Shown: in pieces, positions 18,052-27,519 of the stretch
Layout: each line of letters opens with the position of its first letter
Numbering within the stretch: position 1 is the first letter of the stretch
Sequence record: SRR20825010_4140
Length of the DNA stretch: 32,317 bases
Reading direction: 5' to 3' (one strand)
Notes under the pieces: model-generated
What the model was told of the DNA's origin: nothing
What the model saw: only the letters and a program-made list of their open reading frames with translations
Database searches by the model: none
Position numbers and translations under genes: made by a program

Positions 18052-19020
18052 TCAAAAATGCTGCCAGCCGGCCACCGTCAGGGCACCCACCGTCCCGTTT
18101 CTCTGACGCAAACGAATACCCGGCTGGGCGTCCACCTGCCCCAGGCAATAGCACCCTCCGGGCACCGACTGCGCGGCCGGCAGGGTAAACAATAGCAGAT
18201 AGTCATCGCCGCCCTGCAGCTGCAAGGCCCGCTGCTTATCGGCACTGCAACCGGCCAGCACGGGAGGATCGTCCGGCAGGGCCGCTTCATCAAGACACGC
18301 TCCCAGCCCCCCCGATGCCTGCAGGATATGGCTCAGATCCGCCAGCACCCCATCGGATATATCGATACAAGCACTGGCCTGGCCGCGCAGGGCCATGCCC
18401 AGCTCCCATTGCGGGCGGGGGCGCCGGAAATGCCCGATGGCAGGCCCGTGACGCTGGCCGGCTTGCCACTGCTCCAGCCCCAGCAGCCCGGCCCCGGTGA
18501 CCCCCCCCAGGCAAATCTGGTCCCCCACCCGGGCCCCGTCGCGCCGCAACGCCAGCCCCGGCGGCACGGAGCCCGTGGCCTGAATGGAAACCGCCAGCGG
18601 GCCACGGGTAATATCGCCGCCTACCAGGCTGATTCCCGCCTGATCCGCCAGTTCAAACAGCCCCCGGGAAAACTCAGCCAGCCAGTCTTCATTTACCTCC
18701 GGCAGGGTCAGCGAAAGCAGAAACCAGAGCGGATTTGCACCCATGGCGGCCAGGTCAGAGAGATTCACCGCCAGACAGCGGTACCCCACATCCGCCGGCG
18801 CCATATCTGCCGGAAAGTGCCGATCCACCAAACTGGTATCCTGGGTCATCACCAACTGTTGGCCGGCGGGAGGCACCAGCAAGGCGCCATCATCCCCGGG
18901 CCCCAACACCACGGACTCGCCCTGACGGTGATGGAAATACCGCCGAATCAGGGCGAATTCATCCAGGGGAGCAGGCGCGGGCTGCACTGACGGTTGCGAG
19001 AAATCGGCGGGATCAGTCAT
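18052..19020 (-). CDS. thiL: Thiamine-monophosphate kinase
   Basis: EFALIRRYF, GPGDDGA, AVNLSDLAAMGA, LVGGD, DISDG, GGDDYLLLFT. Start most likely ATG 19020. Confidence 0.95.
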   Translation of the reverse strand: MTDPADFSQPSVQPAPAPLDEFALIRRYFHHRQGESVVLGPGDDGALLVPPAGQQLVMTQDTSLVDRHFPADMAPADVGYRCLAVNLSDLAAMGANPLWFLLSLTLPEVNEDWLAEFSRGLFELADQAGISLVGGDITRGPLAVSIQATGSVPPGLALRRDGARVGDQICLGGVTGAGLLGLEQWQAGQRHGPAIGHFRRPRPQWELGMALRGQASACIDISDGVLADLSHILQASGGLGACLDEAALPDDPPVLAGCSADKQRALQLQGGDDYLLLFTLPAAQSVPGGCYCLGQVDAQPGIRLRQRNGTVGALTVAGWQHF

Positions 19021-19081
19021 AACAGAAGCATAACGCGGCTTGCCGCCAGAACGCACGGCAAGCCAGCGTTATCAGGAGATA

Positions 19082-19531
19082 TCAGTCACGGGGACGGCGT
19101 TCCGACGCTTCCGCGTAACGCAGCTGGCGGGCCAGCTTGTCGAGCACCCCGTTAACGTATTTGAAGGAATCTTCCGCGCCAAACACCTTGGCCAGCTCGA
19201 TGCCTTCATTGATAACCACCCGGTAGGGCACATCCTGGCGCTCTTTCAACTCGAAAGCGCCCAGTCGCAGAATCGCTTTTTCCACCTGCGACAACTCCTC
19301 CACCCTCCGATCCAGATACGGCGTGAGCAGTTCATCCAGGGCTTTAACCTGCCCCAGCACGCCGTGCAGCAAATCATGAAAATACTCACGATCTACCTTG
19401 GCAAAATCCTGGTTCGCCAAAAACTGGGCTTCAATATCGCTCACTGCCGCGCCGGCCAGCTGCCATTGGTACAGGGCCTGAAGAGTGAAACGCCGCGCCT
19501 TGCGACGGGCACTGGGGCTGCTTTGGCTCAT
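19082..19531 (-). CDS. nusB: Transcription antitermination factor NusB
   Basis: [42 protein letters not shown]. Confidence 0.97.
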   Translation of the reverse strand: MSQSSPSARRKARRFTLQALYQWQLAGAAVSDIEAQFLANQDFAKVDREYFHDLLHGVLGQVKALDELLTPYLDRRVEELSQVEKAILRLGAFELKERQDVPYRVVINEGIELAKVFGAEDSFKYVNGVLDKLARQLRYAEASERRPRD

Positions 19532-19608
19532 AGTGTTCTCAACAAATAAAAGCGGCCCTCTCCCTGCGCCTCACCAATCAATGGGAAGGGCTGGAAAGAG
19601 GGCGGTGT

Positions 19609-19636
19609 CCGGCGTCAGGCGTTCTGCCTCAAGCGT
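19609..19636. repeat. Single-arm heptamer array after ribH
   Basis: CCGGCGT CAGGCGT TCTGCCT CAAGCGT, 4 nt from the ribH stop. Confidence 0.55.
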
Positions 19637-19640
19637 ACTC

Positions 19641-20111
19641 TTACAAGGCTTTAAACAGCGAAACCATTTCCAGTGCGCACAGAGCCGCTTCCGCGCCCTT
19701 GTTGCCGGCCTTGGTGCCAGAACGTTCGATGGCTTGCTCAATGGTGTCCACGGTCAACACGCCGAACGCCACCGGGATGCCGGTGCTGTTCTGAACGGAA
19801 GCAATCCCTTTGGCGGCTTCACCGGCCACGAACTCGAAGTGGGCGGTACCGCCGCGGATAACCGCGCCTAACGCAATCACCGCATCGTAACTACGCTTCT
19901 CGATAACCTTTTTCACGGCCACCGGCATTTCCCAGGCACCTGGCACCCGGATAATTTCGATATCGTCACGGCTTACTCCGTGACGCACCAATGCATCAAC
20001 AGCACCGTCCAGCAGGGCCTCCACCACAAAGCTGTTAAAGCGCGCCACTACAATACCGTAACGGCCACCGACGTTGCTCAGGGTACCTTCGAGAGTCTTG
20101 ATGTTTTGCAT
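19641..20111 (-). CDS. ribH: 6,7-dimethyl-8-ribityllumazine synthase
   Basis: [43 protein letters not shown]. Confidence 0.97.
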   Translation of the reverse strand: MQNIKTLEGTLSNVGGRYGIVVARFNSFVVEALLDGAVDALVRHGVSRDDIEIIRVPGAWEMPVAVKKVIEKRSYDAVIALGAVIRGGTAHFEFVAGEAAKGIASVQNSTGIPVAFGVLTVDTIEQAIERSGTKAGNKGAEAALCALEMVSLFKAL

Positions 20112-20128
20112 TTTTAATCCTCGCTAAC

Positions 20129-20184
20129 ACGCTTCACGCTGGCACGCCTCACGCGTGTTGCGCGATGCGTAAAGCGTGAAGCAT
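20129..20184. repeat. Inverted heptamer arrays (hairpin with no insert) between ribB and ribH
   Basis: ACGCTTC ACGCTGG(C) ACGCCTC ACGC, then GTTGCGC GATGCGT AAAGCGT GAAGCAT. Confidence 0.8.
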
Positions 20185-20190
20185 CTCTTA

Positions 20191-21300
20191 TTAACTATCC
20201 GCGTCCACGTACTCGGTGATTTCCAGGTCGAAACCACTCAGTGCATTGAACTTCATGGGGGAGCTGAGCAAACGCATTTTGCGTACGCCCAACGCCTTCA
20301 GAATCTGGGAGCCTGTGCCAATGTTCCGGTAGGCACGGGATTCGCCCTTGGGCTTGCCTGCGGTGCCACCGAAGAAGGCATCCAGGCGCTCCACGATATC
20401 GTTGGAGGCGTAATCCTGCCCCAGAATAATGACCACCCCGGCATCCGACTGGGAGACGGTTTCCAGAACCCGGTGCATGTTCCACCCGGTACGGCCATTC
20501 ATCTTGGCGCTCATCAGGTCACGCAGCGGGTCTACCTGGTGCACCCGTACGGTCACTTCTTCGTCTTCACTGATGTCACCTTTCACCAGCGCCACGTGGG
20601 TCAAGCCGTCCACGGTGTCGCGGAACGCCACCAGGCGAAAATCGCCGTACCAGGTATCCAGCTCGTGGTCGGACACCTGCTCGATGGTCTGTTCGTTCAG
20701 GGCGCGATACTGGATCAGGTCGGCGATGGTGCCGATCTTCAAGTCGTGCTCTGCAGCGAACACTTCCAGGTCTTCCCGGCGCGCCATGGAGCCATCTTCG
20801 TTCATCACTTCGCAGATCACCCCGGACGGCTCACAACCGGCCAGCGCCGCCAGATCGCAGGACGCTTCGGTGTGACCAGCACGGCGCAGCACGCCACCCG
20901 GCTCCGCCATCAGCGGGAAGATGTGACCCGGCTGAACAATGTCATAGGCGCGGGCATTGCGGGCTACGGCCGCCTGCACGGTGCGGGCACGGTCGGCGGC
21001 AGAGATCCCGGTGGTCACCCCTTCGCGGGCTTCAATAGACACCGTGAACTTGGTGCCAAAACCACTGCCATTGCTCTGCACCATCAACGGCAGATCCAGC
21101 AACTCACAGCGCTCGCGGGACATGGGCATGCAGATCAGACCACGGCCGTACTTGGCCATGAAGTTGATGGCTTCAGCAGTCACATGCTCCGCCGCCATCA
21201 CCAGGTCGCCTTCGTTCTCCCTATCCTCATCGTCCATCAGAATAACCATCTTTCCCTGACGGATATCTTCGATCAGTTCTTCAATACTGTTGAGTTGCAT
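20191..21300 (-). CDS. ribB: 3,4-dihydroxy-2-butanone-4-phosphate synthase fused to a degenerate GTP cyclohydrolase II-like domain (RibBX type)
   Basis: [33 protein letters not shown]. The C-terminal domain has VRVH and [10 protein letters not shown] but no Zn-binding cysteines. Start ATG 21300. Confidence 0.92.
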   Translation of the reverse strand: MQLNSIEELIEDIRQGKMVILMDDEDRENEGDLVMAAEHVTAEAINFMAKYGRGLICMPMSRERCELLDLPLMVQSNGSGFGTKFTVSIEAREGVTTGISAADRARTVQAAVARNARAYDIVQPGHIFPLMAEPGGVLRRAGHTEASCDLAALAGCEPSGVICEVMNEDGSMARREDLEVFAAEHDLKIGTIADLIQYRALNEQTIEQVSDHELDTWYGDFRLVAFRDTVDGLTHVALVKGDISEDEEVTVRVHQVDPLRDLMSAKMNGRTGWNMHRVLETVSQSDAGVVIILGQDYASNDIVERLDAFFGGTAGKPKGESRAYRNIGTGSQILKALGVRKMRLLSSPMKFNALSGFDLEITEYVDADS

Positions 21301-21312
21301 AAAACCGCCTTC

Positions 21313-21373
21313 AGGCTGGCACGCAACACGCGACACGCCTGCATGATGCGTGTCTGCGTAATGCCTGCAGCGT
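21313..21373. repeat. Inverted heptamer arrays (hairpin with no insert) between ribC and ribB
   Basis: AGGCTGG(C) ACGCAAC ACGCGAC ACGCCTG, then GATGCGT GTCTGCGT AATGCCT GCAGCGT touching the ribC stop. Confidence 0.75.
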
Positions 21374-22032
21374 TATTTCAAAAACCCGTTTTCCGCCAGG
21401 AACGCCATGGAAATCCCCTCGGAAGTGGGCTCGGCGGCCTTCTCTCCCAGGAGCAGACGTTCCAGATAGCGGGCTATGATATCAACTTCCAGGTTCACTG
21501 GCGTCCCCACCTGCCATTGGCCGATGGTGGTTACCTCCTGGGTGTGCGGAATAATGTTCAGGGAAAACACCGCTCCGGCCACACTGTTCACCGTCAGGCT
21601 GATGCCATCGACGGTGATTGAACCCTTGTGGGCAATGTACCTGGCCAGCTCCGCCGGTGCCTCGATATCGATACGCACCGAACGGGCATCCTGCTTCATC
21701 TCGACAATCTTGCCCAGGCCATCCACATGACCGCTGACCAGGTGGCCGCCCAGTCGGGAGGACGGAGTCAGGGCTTTTTCCAGGTTCACCGTGCTGCCCA
21801 CGCTGATTTGCGCCAGCGAGGTCAGCGACAGGGTTTCCCCGGATACATCCGCCTCAAAGGCACCACCAGGCAACGCGGTGGCGGTAAGGCATACGCCGTT
21901 CACTGCGATGGAGTCGCCCAGCTGCACATCGGAAAAGTCCAGCCCTTCGCTCTTGATCAGCAAGGTCACATCGCCGCCTTTCGGGGTCATGGCGGCCACC
22001 TTGCCCATGGATTCGATAATGCCGGTAAACAT
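21373..22032 (-). CDS. ribC: Riboflavin synthase (alpha chain; ribC in E. coli nomenclature, ribE elsewhere)
   Basis: MFTGIIE N-terminus, GDSIAVNGVCLT, GGHLVSGHVDG, KGSITVDGISLTVN. Confidence 0.97.
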   Translation of the reverse strand: MFTGIIESMGKVAAMTPKGGDVTLLIKSEGLDFSDVQLGDSIAVNGVCLTATALPGGAFEADVSGETLSLTSLAQISVGSTVNLEKALTPSSRLGGHLVSGHVDGLGKIVEMKQDARSVRIDIEAPAELARYIAHKGSITVDGISLTVNSVAGAVFSLNIIPHTQEVTTIGQWQVGTPVNLEVDIIARYLERLLLGEKAAEPTSEGISMAFLAENGFLK

Positions 22033-22071
22033 GGAAAACCTCTTGAATTCGGACGTCAGCAGCGGCGTTAA

Positions 22072-23220
22072 TCAGGCAGGAACCAGCGTCAAACGCAGGT
22101 CATCGCCGATCTGGCGCACATCCTGCCAACGCAGCGCCACTTTCTCGCTCATGCTGGCCAGCTGCGGCAACCCCAGTAACGGGCGGGCCGATGAGCCCAG
22201 CAGGGTCGGTGCCATATAGACGATAATTTCGTCGAACAGTCCCTCACGGACAAAAGCACCGGCCAGCGTGGCGCCACATTCTACCAGCACTTCATTACAT
22301 TCGCGCCGGTTCAATTCGATCAACAACTGCTGCAGGTCGATCCCGGAGCCAGAGGCCGGCAAGTGCATGACCTCAGCTCCGGCGGATTCCAGCGCATTCT
22401 GGCGCCCCGGGTGCTGTTCCCCAGCCACCAGCAGGCAATGCCCCGGCGCACTCACCACCGGCACATCCGGGGGCGTGCGCAGAGTTCTGTCCAGAATTAC
22501 CCGCACAGGCTGGCGCACCCAGTCGCGGCCCGCCTGACTGTGTTCATCTGGGCGGCAATGATAGTCCGCCAGTGTCCATTGCGCCGGGCGCACCGTATAG
22601 GAAGGCCGGTCCGCCAGCACGGTCCCAACGCCGGTGATCACCGCCGAACTGCGTGCCCGCAGACGCTGCACATCTTCCCGCGCCGCCGGGCCGGTAATCC
22701 ACTGGGACTCGCCACTGGCCATGGCGGTGCGGCCATCCACACTGGCGGCAACCTTGATGCGAATATAGGGCCGCTGGCGGGTCATCCGGGCAATAAACCC
22801 CGGATTCAACGCCCGTGCTTGTGTTTCCAGCAAGCCCGACGCCACCGCAATGCCCGCATCTGCCAGCCGTTGCAGCCCCTGCCCTGCCACCTGCGGGTTA
22901 GGGTCCTGCATCGCCGCTACCACGCGCACCACGCCGGCATCGACCAGCGCATCCGCGCAGGGGCCGGTACGACCGGTGTGAGAGCAAGGCTCCAGGGTGA
23001 CATAAGCGGTGGCCCCTTGCGCCCGGTCACCCGCCGCCGCCAGCGCATGGCGCTCGGCATGAGGCTCGCCGGCCCGGGCATGGAAGCCCTCGCCCACCAC
23101 CGCGCCATCGCGCACCAGCACACAGCCCACCCGCGGATTCGGGTCCGTGGTGTACAGGCCATGGCGCGCCAGTTGCAGCGCCCGGCTCATAAACTGATAG
23201 TCGGTAGCAGAAAAGCTCAT
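22072..23220 (-). CDS. ribD: Bifunctional pyrimidine deaminase/reductase RibD
   Basis: [43 protein letters not shown]. Confidence 0.97.
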   Translation of the reverse strand: MSFSATDYQFMSRALQLARHGLYTTDPNPRVGCVLVRDGAVVGEGFHARAGEPHAERHALAAAGDRAQGATAYVTLEPCSHTGRTGPCADALVDAGVVRVVAAMQDPNPQVAGQGLQRLADAGIAVASGLLETQARALNPGFIARMTRQRPYIRIKVAASVDGRTAMASGESQWITGPAAREDVQRLRARSSAVITGVGTVLADRPSYTVRPAQWTLADYHCRPDEHSQAGRDWVRQPVRVILDRTLRTPPDVPVVSAPGHCLLVAGEQHPGRQNALESAGAEVMHLPASGSGIDLQQLLIELNRRECNEVLVECGATLAGAFVREGLFDEIIVYMAPTLLGSSARPLLGLPQLASMSEKVALRWQDVRQIGDDLRLTLVPA

Positions 23221-23711
23221 GATTCCTTCAGGTCTTCCAGCTTCTCACCGGGCTTGCCGCCAGCTTTTTTCAAGCGATCCACTTCAGCGGAAAACTCGGA
23301 AATATCCTGGAAGCTGCGGTACACCGATGCAAAGCGCACATAGGCCACATCGTCCAGCTGTTGCAGCTCTTCCATCACGAATTCGCCTAACTCCCGAGCC
23401 GGAAGCTCACGCTCGCCGGTGGCACGCAGACGGTGACAAATCCGGCTGATTGCGGCCTCCAGGTCTTCCATGCTCACCGGCCGCTTTTCCAGCGCCCGCA
23501 GCATACCCGCCCGCAACTTGGCTTCATCGAAGGGTTGGCGGGTGCCATCGGTCTTTACCAATCGCGGCATCACCAATTCTGCCGTTTCGAAGGTAGTAAA
23601 GCGCTCGGTACAACTCAAACACTCACGACGCCGCCGAATCTGCACCCCATCCGCAACCAGACGGGAGTCGATCACCTTGGTGTCCTGAGCAGAACAAAAC
23701 GGGCAGTACAT
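23217..23711 (-). CDS. nrdR: Transcriptional repressor NrdR
   Basis: [33 protein letters not shown] cone, [17 protein letters not shown] overlap with ribD. Confidence 0.98.
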   Translation of the reverse strand: MYCPFCSAQDTKVIDSRLVADGVQIRRRRECLSCTERFTTFETAELVMPRLVKTDGTRQPFDEAKLRAGMLRALEKRPVSMEDLEAAISRICHRLRATGERELPARELGEFVMEELQQLDDVAYVRFASVYRSFQDISEFSAEVDRLKKAGGKPGEKLEDLKES

Positions 23712-23729
23712 GGAGAACTCCGAAGATCA

Positions 23730-23878
23730 ATTTCAAGTTGAAAGTGTAAGGTTGAAAAGGATTGCGCGCCATGACCACGGAAACGACGAAGCCGCGCCCC
23801 TCACGGGTACGCGGCTTCTCCGGCTGAAATTCACTGCGGCATAACCCGCGTTGCAACTTTCAACTTGCCACTTTCAAC
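23730..23878. repeat. Inverted pair of GTTGAAA-type heptamer arrays enclosing a terminator
   Basis: ATTTCAA GTTGAAA GTGTAAG GTTGAAA (23730-23757) versus TTGCAAC TTTCAAC TTGCCAC TTTCAAC (23851-23878, abutting the glyA stop). 18 of 21 pair between 23737-23757 and 23858-23878. Confidence 0.85.
23780..23818 (-). terminator. Intrinsic terminator after glyA
   Basis: GAAGCCGCG / CGCGGCTTC stem, followed on the minus strand by GTCGTTTC. Confidence 0.6.
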
Positions 23879-25135
23879 TCAACGCTCATAAACCGGCAAA
23901 CGCGCACAGATTTCTTTGACCTTACCCTTCACGGTCTCGATCACTGATTCGTCACCCATGTTATCGAGGATGTCACAGATCCAGCCGGCCAGCGCCTTGG
24001 CATCGGCTTCATCAAAGCCGCGACGGGTGATGGACGGGGAGCCGATACGCAGGCCGGACGTCACGAACGGGGAACGCGGGTCGTTGGGCACAGCGTTCTT
24101 GTTGACGGTGATGTTGGCGCGGCCCAAGGCGGCGTCGGCATCTTTGCCAGTGATGTCCTGCTTGATCAGGCTGAGCAGGAACAGGTGGTTTTCAGTGCCA
24201 TTGGACACCACGTCAAAACCACGCTCGATGAACACTCCGGCCATGGCCTGAGCGTTCTTCACTACCTGCTGCTGGTAGCCTTTGAAATCACCCTGCATGG
24301 CTTCCTTAAAGCAGATTGCCTTGGCGGCAATCACGTGCTCCAGCGGGCCACCCTGGCCACCGGGGAATACGGCAGAGTTAATCTTCTTCTGAATGTCTTC
24401 GTTGGCCTTGCCCATGATCAGGCCACCACGGGGACCACCCAGAGTCTTGTGGGTGGTGGTGGTGGTGATGTCGGCAATACCCACCGGGCTCGGGTAAACA
24501 CCCGCAGCAACCAGACCGGCCACGTGAGCCATGTCCACCAGCAGGATCGCGCCCACTTCGTCGGCGATGTCACGGAAACGCTGCCAGTCGACAACCTGGG
24601 AGTAGGCAGAGAAACCCGCCACGATCATCTTCGGCTTGTGCTCACGGGCCAGGGAGGCCACCTGCTCGTAATCGATCAGGCCAGTCTCGTTGTCCAGGCC
24701 GTACTGGATAGCGTTGTAAGTCTTGCCGGAGAAGTTCGGCTTGGCGCCGTGGGTCAGGTGACCACCCGCGTCCAGGCTCATGCCCAGCACGGTGTCGCCA
24801 GCCTTCAGCATGGCCATGTAAACCGCGCCATTGGCCTGAGAACCGGAGTGCGGCTGCACGTTGGCCCAATCGGCACCAAACAGTTCGCAGGCGCGATCAA
24901 TGGCCAGCTGCTCGACCACGTCCACGTTCTCGCAACCGCCGTAGTAACGCTTGCCCGGGTAGCCTTCGGCATACTTGTTGGTCAGTACGGAGCCCTGGGC
25001 TTCCATGACCCTTGGCGAGGCATAGTTTTCAGAGGCAATCAGCTCGATGTGCTCTTCCTGGCGGACTTCCTCAGCCTTGATAGCGGCCTGGATTTCAGGA
25101 TCAAACTCGGCGATGGACATGGATTTCGGGAACAT
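23879..25135 (-). CDS. glyA: Serine hydroxymethyltransferase
   Basis: [48 protein letters not shown] (PLP lysine). Confidence 0.98.
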   Translation of the reverse strand: MFPKSMSIAEFDPEIQAAIKAEEVRQEEHIELIASENYASPRVMEAQGSVLTNKYAEGYPGKRYYGGCENVDVVEQLAIDRACELFGADWANVQPHSGSQANGAVYMAMLKAGDTVLGMSLDAGGHLTHGAKPNFSGKTYNAIQYGLDNETGLIDYEQVASLAREHKPKMIVAGFSAYSQVVDWQRFRDIADEVGAILLVDMAHVAGLVAAGVYPSPVGIADITTTTTHKTLGGPRGGLIMGKANEDIQKKINSAVFPGGQGGPLEHVIAAKAICFKEAMQGDFKGYQQQVVKNAQAMAGVFIERGFDVVSNGTENHLFLLSLIKQDITGKDADAALGRANITVNKNAVPNDPRSPFVTSGLRIGSPSITRRGFDEADAKALAGWICDILDNMGDESVIETVKGKVKEICARLPVYER

Positions 25136-25175
25136 GGGCTACCCTACGGAGTCATTGGTGGATTCAGGGGCGCGT

Positions 25176-25241
25176 ATTCTAACCAAATCCGGGGCCAATG
25201 GCACTTGAAGTCCGCTCATGGAAACCGGCCAGTCGTCTCAT
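25176..25241 (-). promoter_or_regulatory. glyA promoter with tandem MetR-like LysR boxes
   Basis: -10 TAGAAT (25176-25181), 17-bp spacer, weak -35 GTGCCA. Adjacent TGAAGTCCGCTCA resembles the MetR site TGAA-N5-TTCA. A second AGTC-N2-CTCAT copy lies 22 bp upstream. Confidence 0.5.
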
Positions 25242-25422
25242 GGCGTCAGGCACCGGTTTTCTGGCGCCAATCCGGCCTTACGTCGCCCTATCAGGGGGCC
25301 CGCACTTTCACTCACGGCCGCTTTCCGTTAGCTTAGGCGCCAATCAAAGTACCCTCTGCCGGGGCCTGCAGCCAACCTGCACCGCGCGCCCCGCACATTA
25401 ATACAAACTGCGGTCGGAGTTT

Positions 25423-27090
25423 ATGAGCCAGTACATCTTCACCATGGACAAGGTGGGCAAGGTTGTCCCGCCCAAGAAACACATTCTGAAGAACATCTCC
25501 CTGTCGTTCTTTCCTGGCGCCAAGATCGGCGTACTGGGCCTGAACGGCTCCGGTAAATCCACACTGCTGCGCATCATGGCCGGCGTGGACAAGGATTATC
25601 TGGGTGAGGCACGGCCGCAGCCGGGCACCAATATCGGTTACCTGCCCCAGGAACCGGAGCTGGACCCGGAAAAGAATGTCCGCGAGATCGTCGAAGAAGC
25701 GGTGGCTGATATCCGTAACGCCCAGCAGCGCCTGGAAGAAGTCTACGAAGCCTATGCGGCAGAAGACGCGGATTTCGACAAGCTGGCCGCCGAACAGGCC
25801 AAGCTGGAAGACATTATCGAAGCCAGCGACGCCCACAACCTTGAGCGCAAACTGGAAATCGCCGCCGACGCCCTGCGCCTGCCACCCTGGGATGCCAGCG
25901 TAAAAACCCTGTCCGGCGGTGAACGTCGCCGGGTCGCTCTGTGCCGGCTGGTAATGAGCGCGCCGGACATGCTGCTGCTGGATGAGCCGACTAACCACCT
26001 GGACGCAGAGTCCGTGGCCTGGCTGGAGCGTTTCCTGCACGAATTCCCCGGCACCGTGGTGGCGGTAACCCACGATCGCTACTTCCTGGATAATTCCTGT
26101 GAGTGGATTCTGGAACTGGATCGCGGCGAAGGCATTCCCTGGCAGGGCAACTATTCCTCCTGGCTGGAGCAGAAAGAACAGCGTCTGGAACAGGAAGCGA
26201 AGAGCGAGTCGGCCCACCGCAAAACGGTGGAGAAGGAACTGGAATGGGTACGCCAGAACCCGAAAGGCCGCCGCGCCAAGAACAAGGCCCGTGTGTCTGC
26301 GTTCGAAGAGCTGGCCAGCCAGGAATTCCAGAAACGCAACGAAACCCAGGAATTGTACATCCCGCCGGGTGAGCGTCTTGGCGAGCAGGTTTTTGAAATC
26401 AAGAATGTGGCCAAGCAATTCGACCACAAGCTGCTCTACGAAGATCTGGATTTCCAGATCCCCCGTGGTGCTATCGTCGGCATCATCGGCCCCAACGGTG
26501 CCGGTAAAACCACCCTGTTCCGCATGCTGGCCGGCCAGGAAACCCCGGACAGCGGCGAGATCGTCACTGGTGACACTGTGCAGATGGCCTACGTGGACCA
26601 GAGCCGTGAAGACCTGGACAGCAACAAGACGGTCTGGGAAGAGGTCTCCGACGGCAACGACATCCTGCGTATCGGCAACTATGAAGTGCCCAGCCGCGCT
26701 TATCTGGGCCGGTTCAATTTCAAAGGCGGCGATCAACAGAAACGTGTCGGCGACCTGTCCGGCGGTGAACGTAACCGTTTGCACCTGGCCAAGCTGCTCA
26801 AGCAGGGCGCCAACGTACTGCTGCTCGATGAGCCCACCAACGACCTGGACGTGGAAACCCTGCGCGCACTGGAAGAGGCCCTGCTGGCGTTCCCCGGCTG
26901 CGCCATCGTGATTTCGCACGATCGCTGGTTCCTGGACCGCGTCGCCACGCACATCCTCTCCTTCGAAGGGGATGCCCGGGTAGAATGGTTCGAAGGCTCC
27001 TACACCGAGTATGAAGAATACAAACGCAAGCAGCTGGGCGATGCAGCCCTGCAGCCCAAGCGCATGAAGTACAAGCGAATCGAAGTCTGA
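25423..27090 (+). CDS. ettA: Energy-dependent translational throttle protein EttA (ABC-F)
   Basis: 555 aa, VGKVVPPKKHILKNISLSFFPGAKIGVLGLNGSGKS, two ABC cassettes, ELEWVRQNPKGR linker. Confidence 0.97.
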   Translation: MSQYIFTMDKVGKVVPPKKHILKNISLSFFPGAKIGVLGLNGSGKSTLLRIMAGVDKDYLGEARPQPGTNIGYLPQEPELDPEKNVREIVEEAVADIRNAQQRLEEVYEAYAAEDADFDKLAAEQAKLEDIIEASDAHNLERKLEIAADALRLPPWDASVKTLSGGERRRVALCRLVMSAPDMLLLDEPTNHLDAESVAWLERFLHEFPGTVVAVTHDRYFLDNSCEWILELDRGEGIPWQGNYSSWLEQKEQRLEQEAKSESAHRKTVEKELEWVRQNPKGRRAKNKARVSAFEELASQEFQKRNETQELYIPPGERLGEQVFEIKNVAKQFDHKLLYEDLDFQIPRGAIVGIIGPNGAGKTTLFRMLAGQETPDSGEIVTGDTVQMAYVDQSREDLDSNKTVWEEVSDGNDILRIGNYEVPSRAYLGRFNFKGGDQQKRVGDLSGGERNRLHLAKLLKQGANVLLLDEPTNDLDVETLRALEEALLAFPGCAIVISHDRWFLDRVATHILSFEGDARVEWFEGSYTEYEEYKRKQLGDAALQPKRMKYKRIEV

Positions 27091-27155
27091 TTCGCACAGG
27101 ATAACGCCGGCACAGGAAAGGCGAGCCGGTACGGGGACGCAACAGGGACGACAGC

Positions 27156-27515
27156 ATGAACGAAAGACGGCGGGCCAATCGGGTGGACTTCGACGGGGAA
27201 GCCACCCTGGTTTTCCAGCAGGATAACCACCCCGTGTCACTGGACGATATTTCCGTCATGGGCGCACGACTCAACAGCAGCACCCCGCTCACGCTGCCCG
27301 CTGCGTCCCGGGTTATCCTGATCATTACCCTGGAAGATTCCGATATCACGCTGACCCTTCCGGCAAAAGTGCAACGCCAGGAAGGCTTGGAGATCGGCAT
27401 CATGTTTGATCGCCCATCTGTGGATGACATGCAGCATCTTCGCCGCATTGTCATGCTTCATCAGGGCGACGACGGCGAAGATGACCCCGCCAGCCTGCTG
27501 ACCCCGGAGACCTGA
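27156..27515 (+). CDS. Stand-alone PilZ domain protein
   Basis: RRANR (RxxxR) and DISVMG (DxSxxG) c-di-GMP-binding motifs, GIMF near the end. Confidence 0.85.
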   Translation: MNERRRANRVDFDGEATLVFQQDNHPVSLDDISVMGARLNSSTPLTLPAASRVILIITLEDSDITLTLPAKVQRQEGLEIGIMFDRPSVDDMQHLRRIVMLHQGDDGEDDPASLLTPET

Positions 27516-27519
27516 CACC

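Noticed and set aside
18501-18508. C8 tract in thiL (and C7 at 14072-14078) as phase-variation sites
   Set aside because: The tracts are short, the frame is intact and the genes are housekeeping; expected in GC-rich DNA.
21301-21336. Upstream start extending ribB (MSRVACQP...)
   Set aside because: It is a translation of the heptamer array; the family N-terminus begins at 21300.
20112-23878. FMN riboswitch in the rib operon
   Set aside because: No AGGGCGGGGUGAAAUUCCCCAC-like core in any intergenic gap.
1-23878. CRISPR or canonical REP interpretation of the repeats
   Set aside because: Units are 7 bp and contiguous with no spacers and no cas genes. The arms show no consistent GTAG/GGAG-led 20-40 bp palindrome unit.
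25205-25260. Possible ZMP/ZTP riboswitch before glyA (CGACTGGC on the minus strand)
   Set aside because: It lacks the GGUGG/CCAC stem and the GCCUGGGCA 3' element, and lies upstream of the predicted promoter.
25333-27240. 635-aa minus-strand ORF
   Set aside because: Antisense shadow of ettA caused by codon bias; no motifs. The same applies to 20176-21621, 24185-25336, 6891-8042 and 11459-12418.
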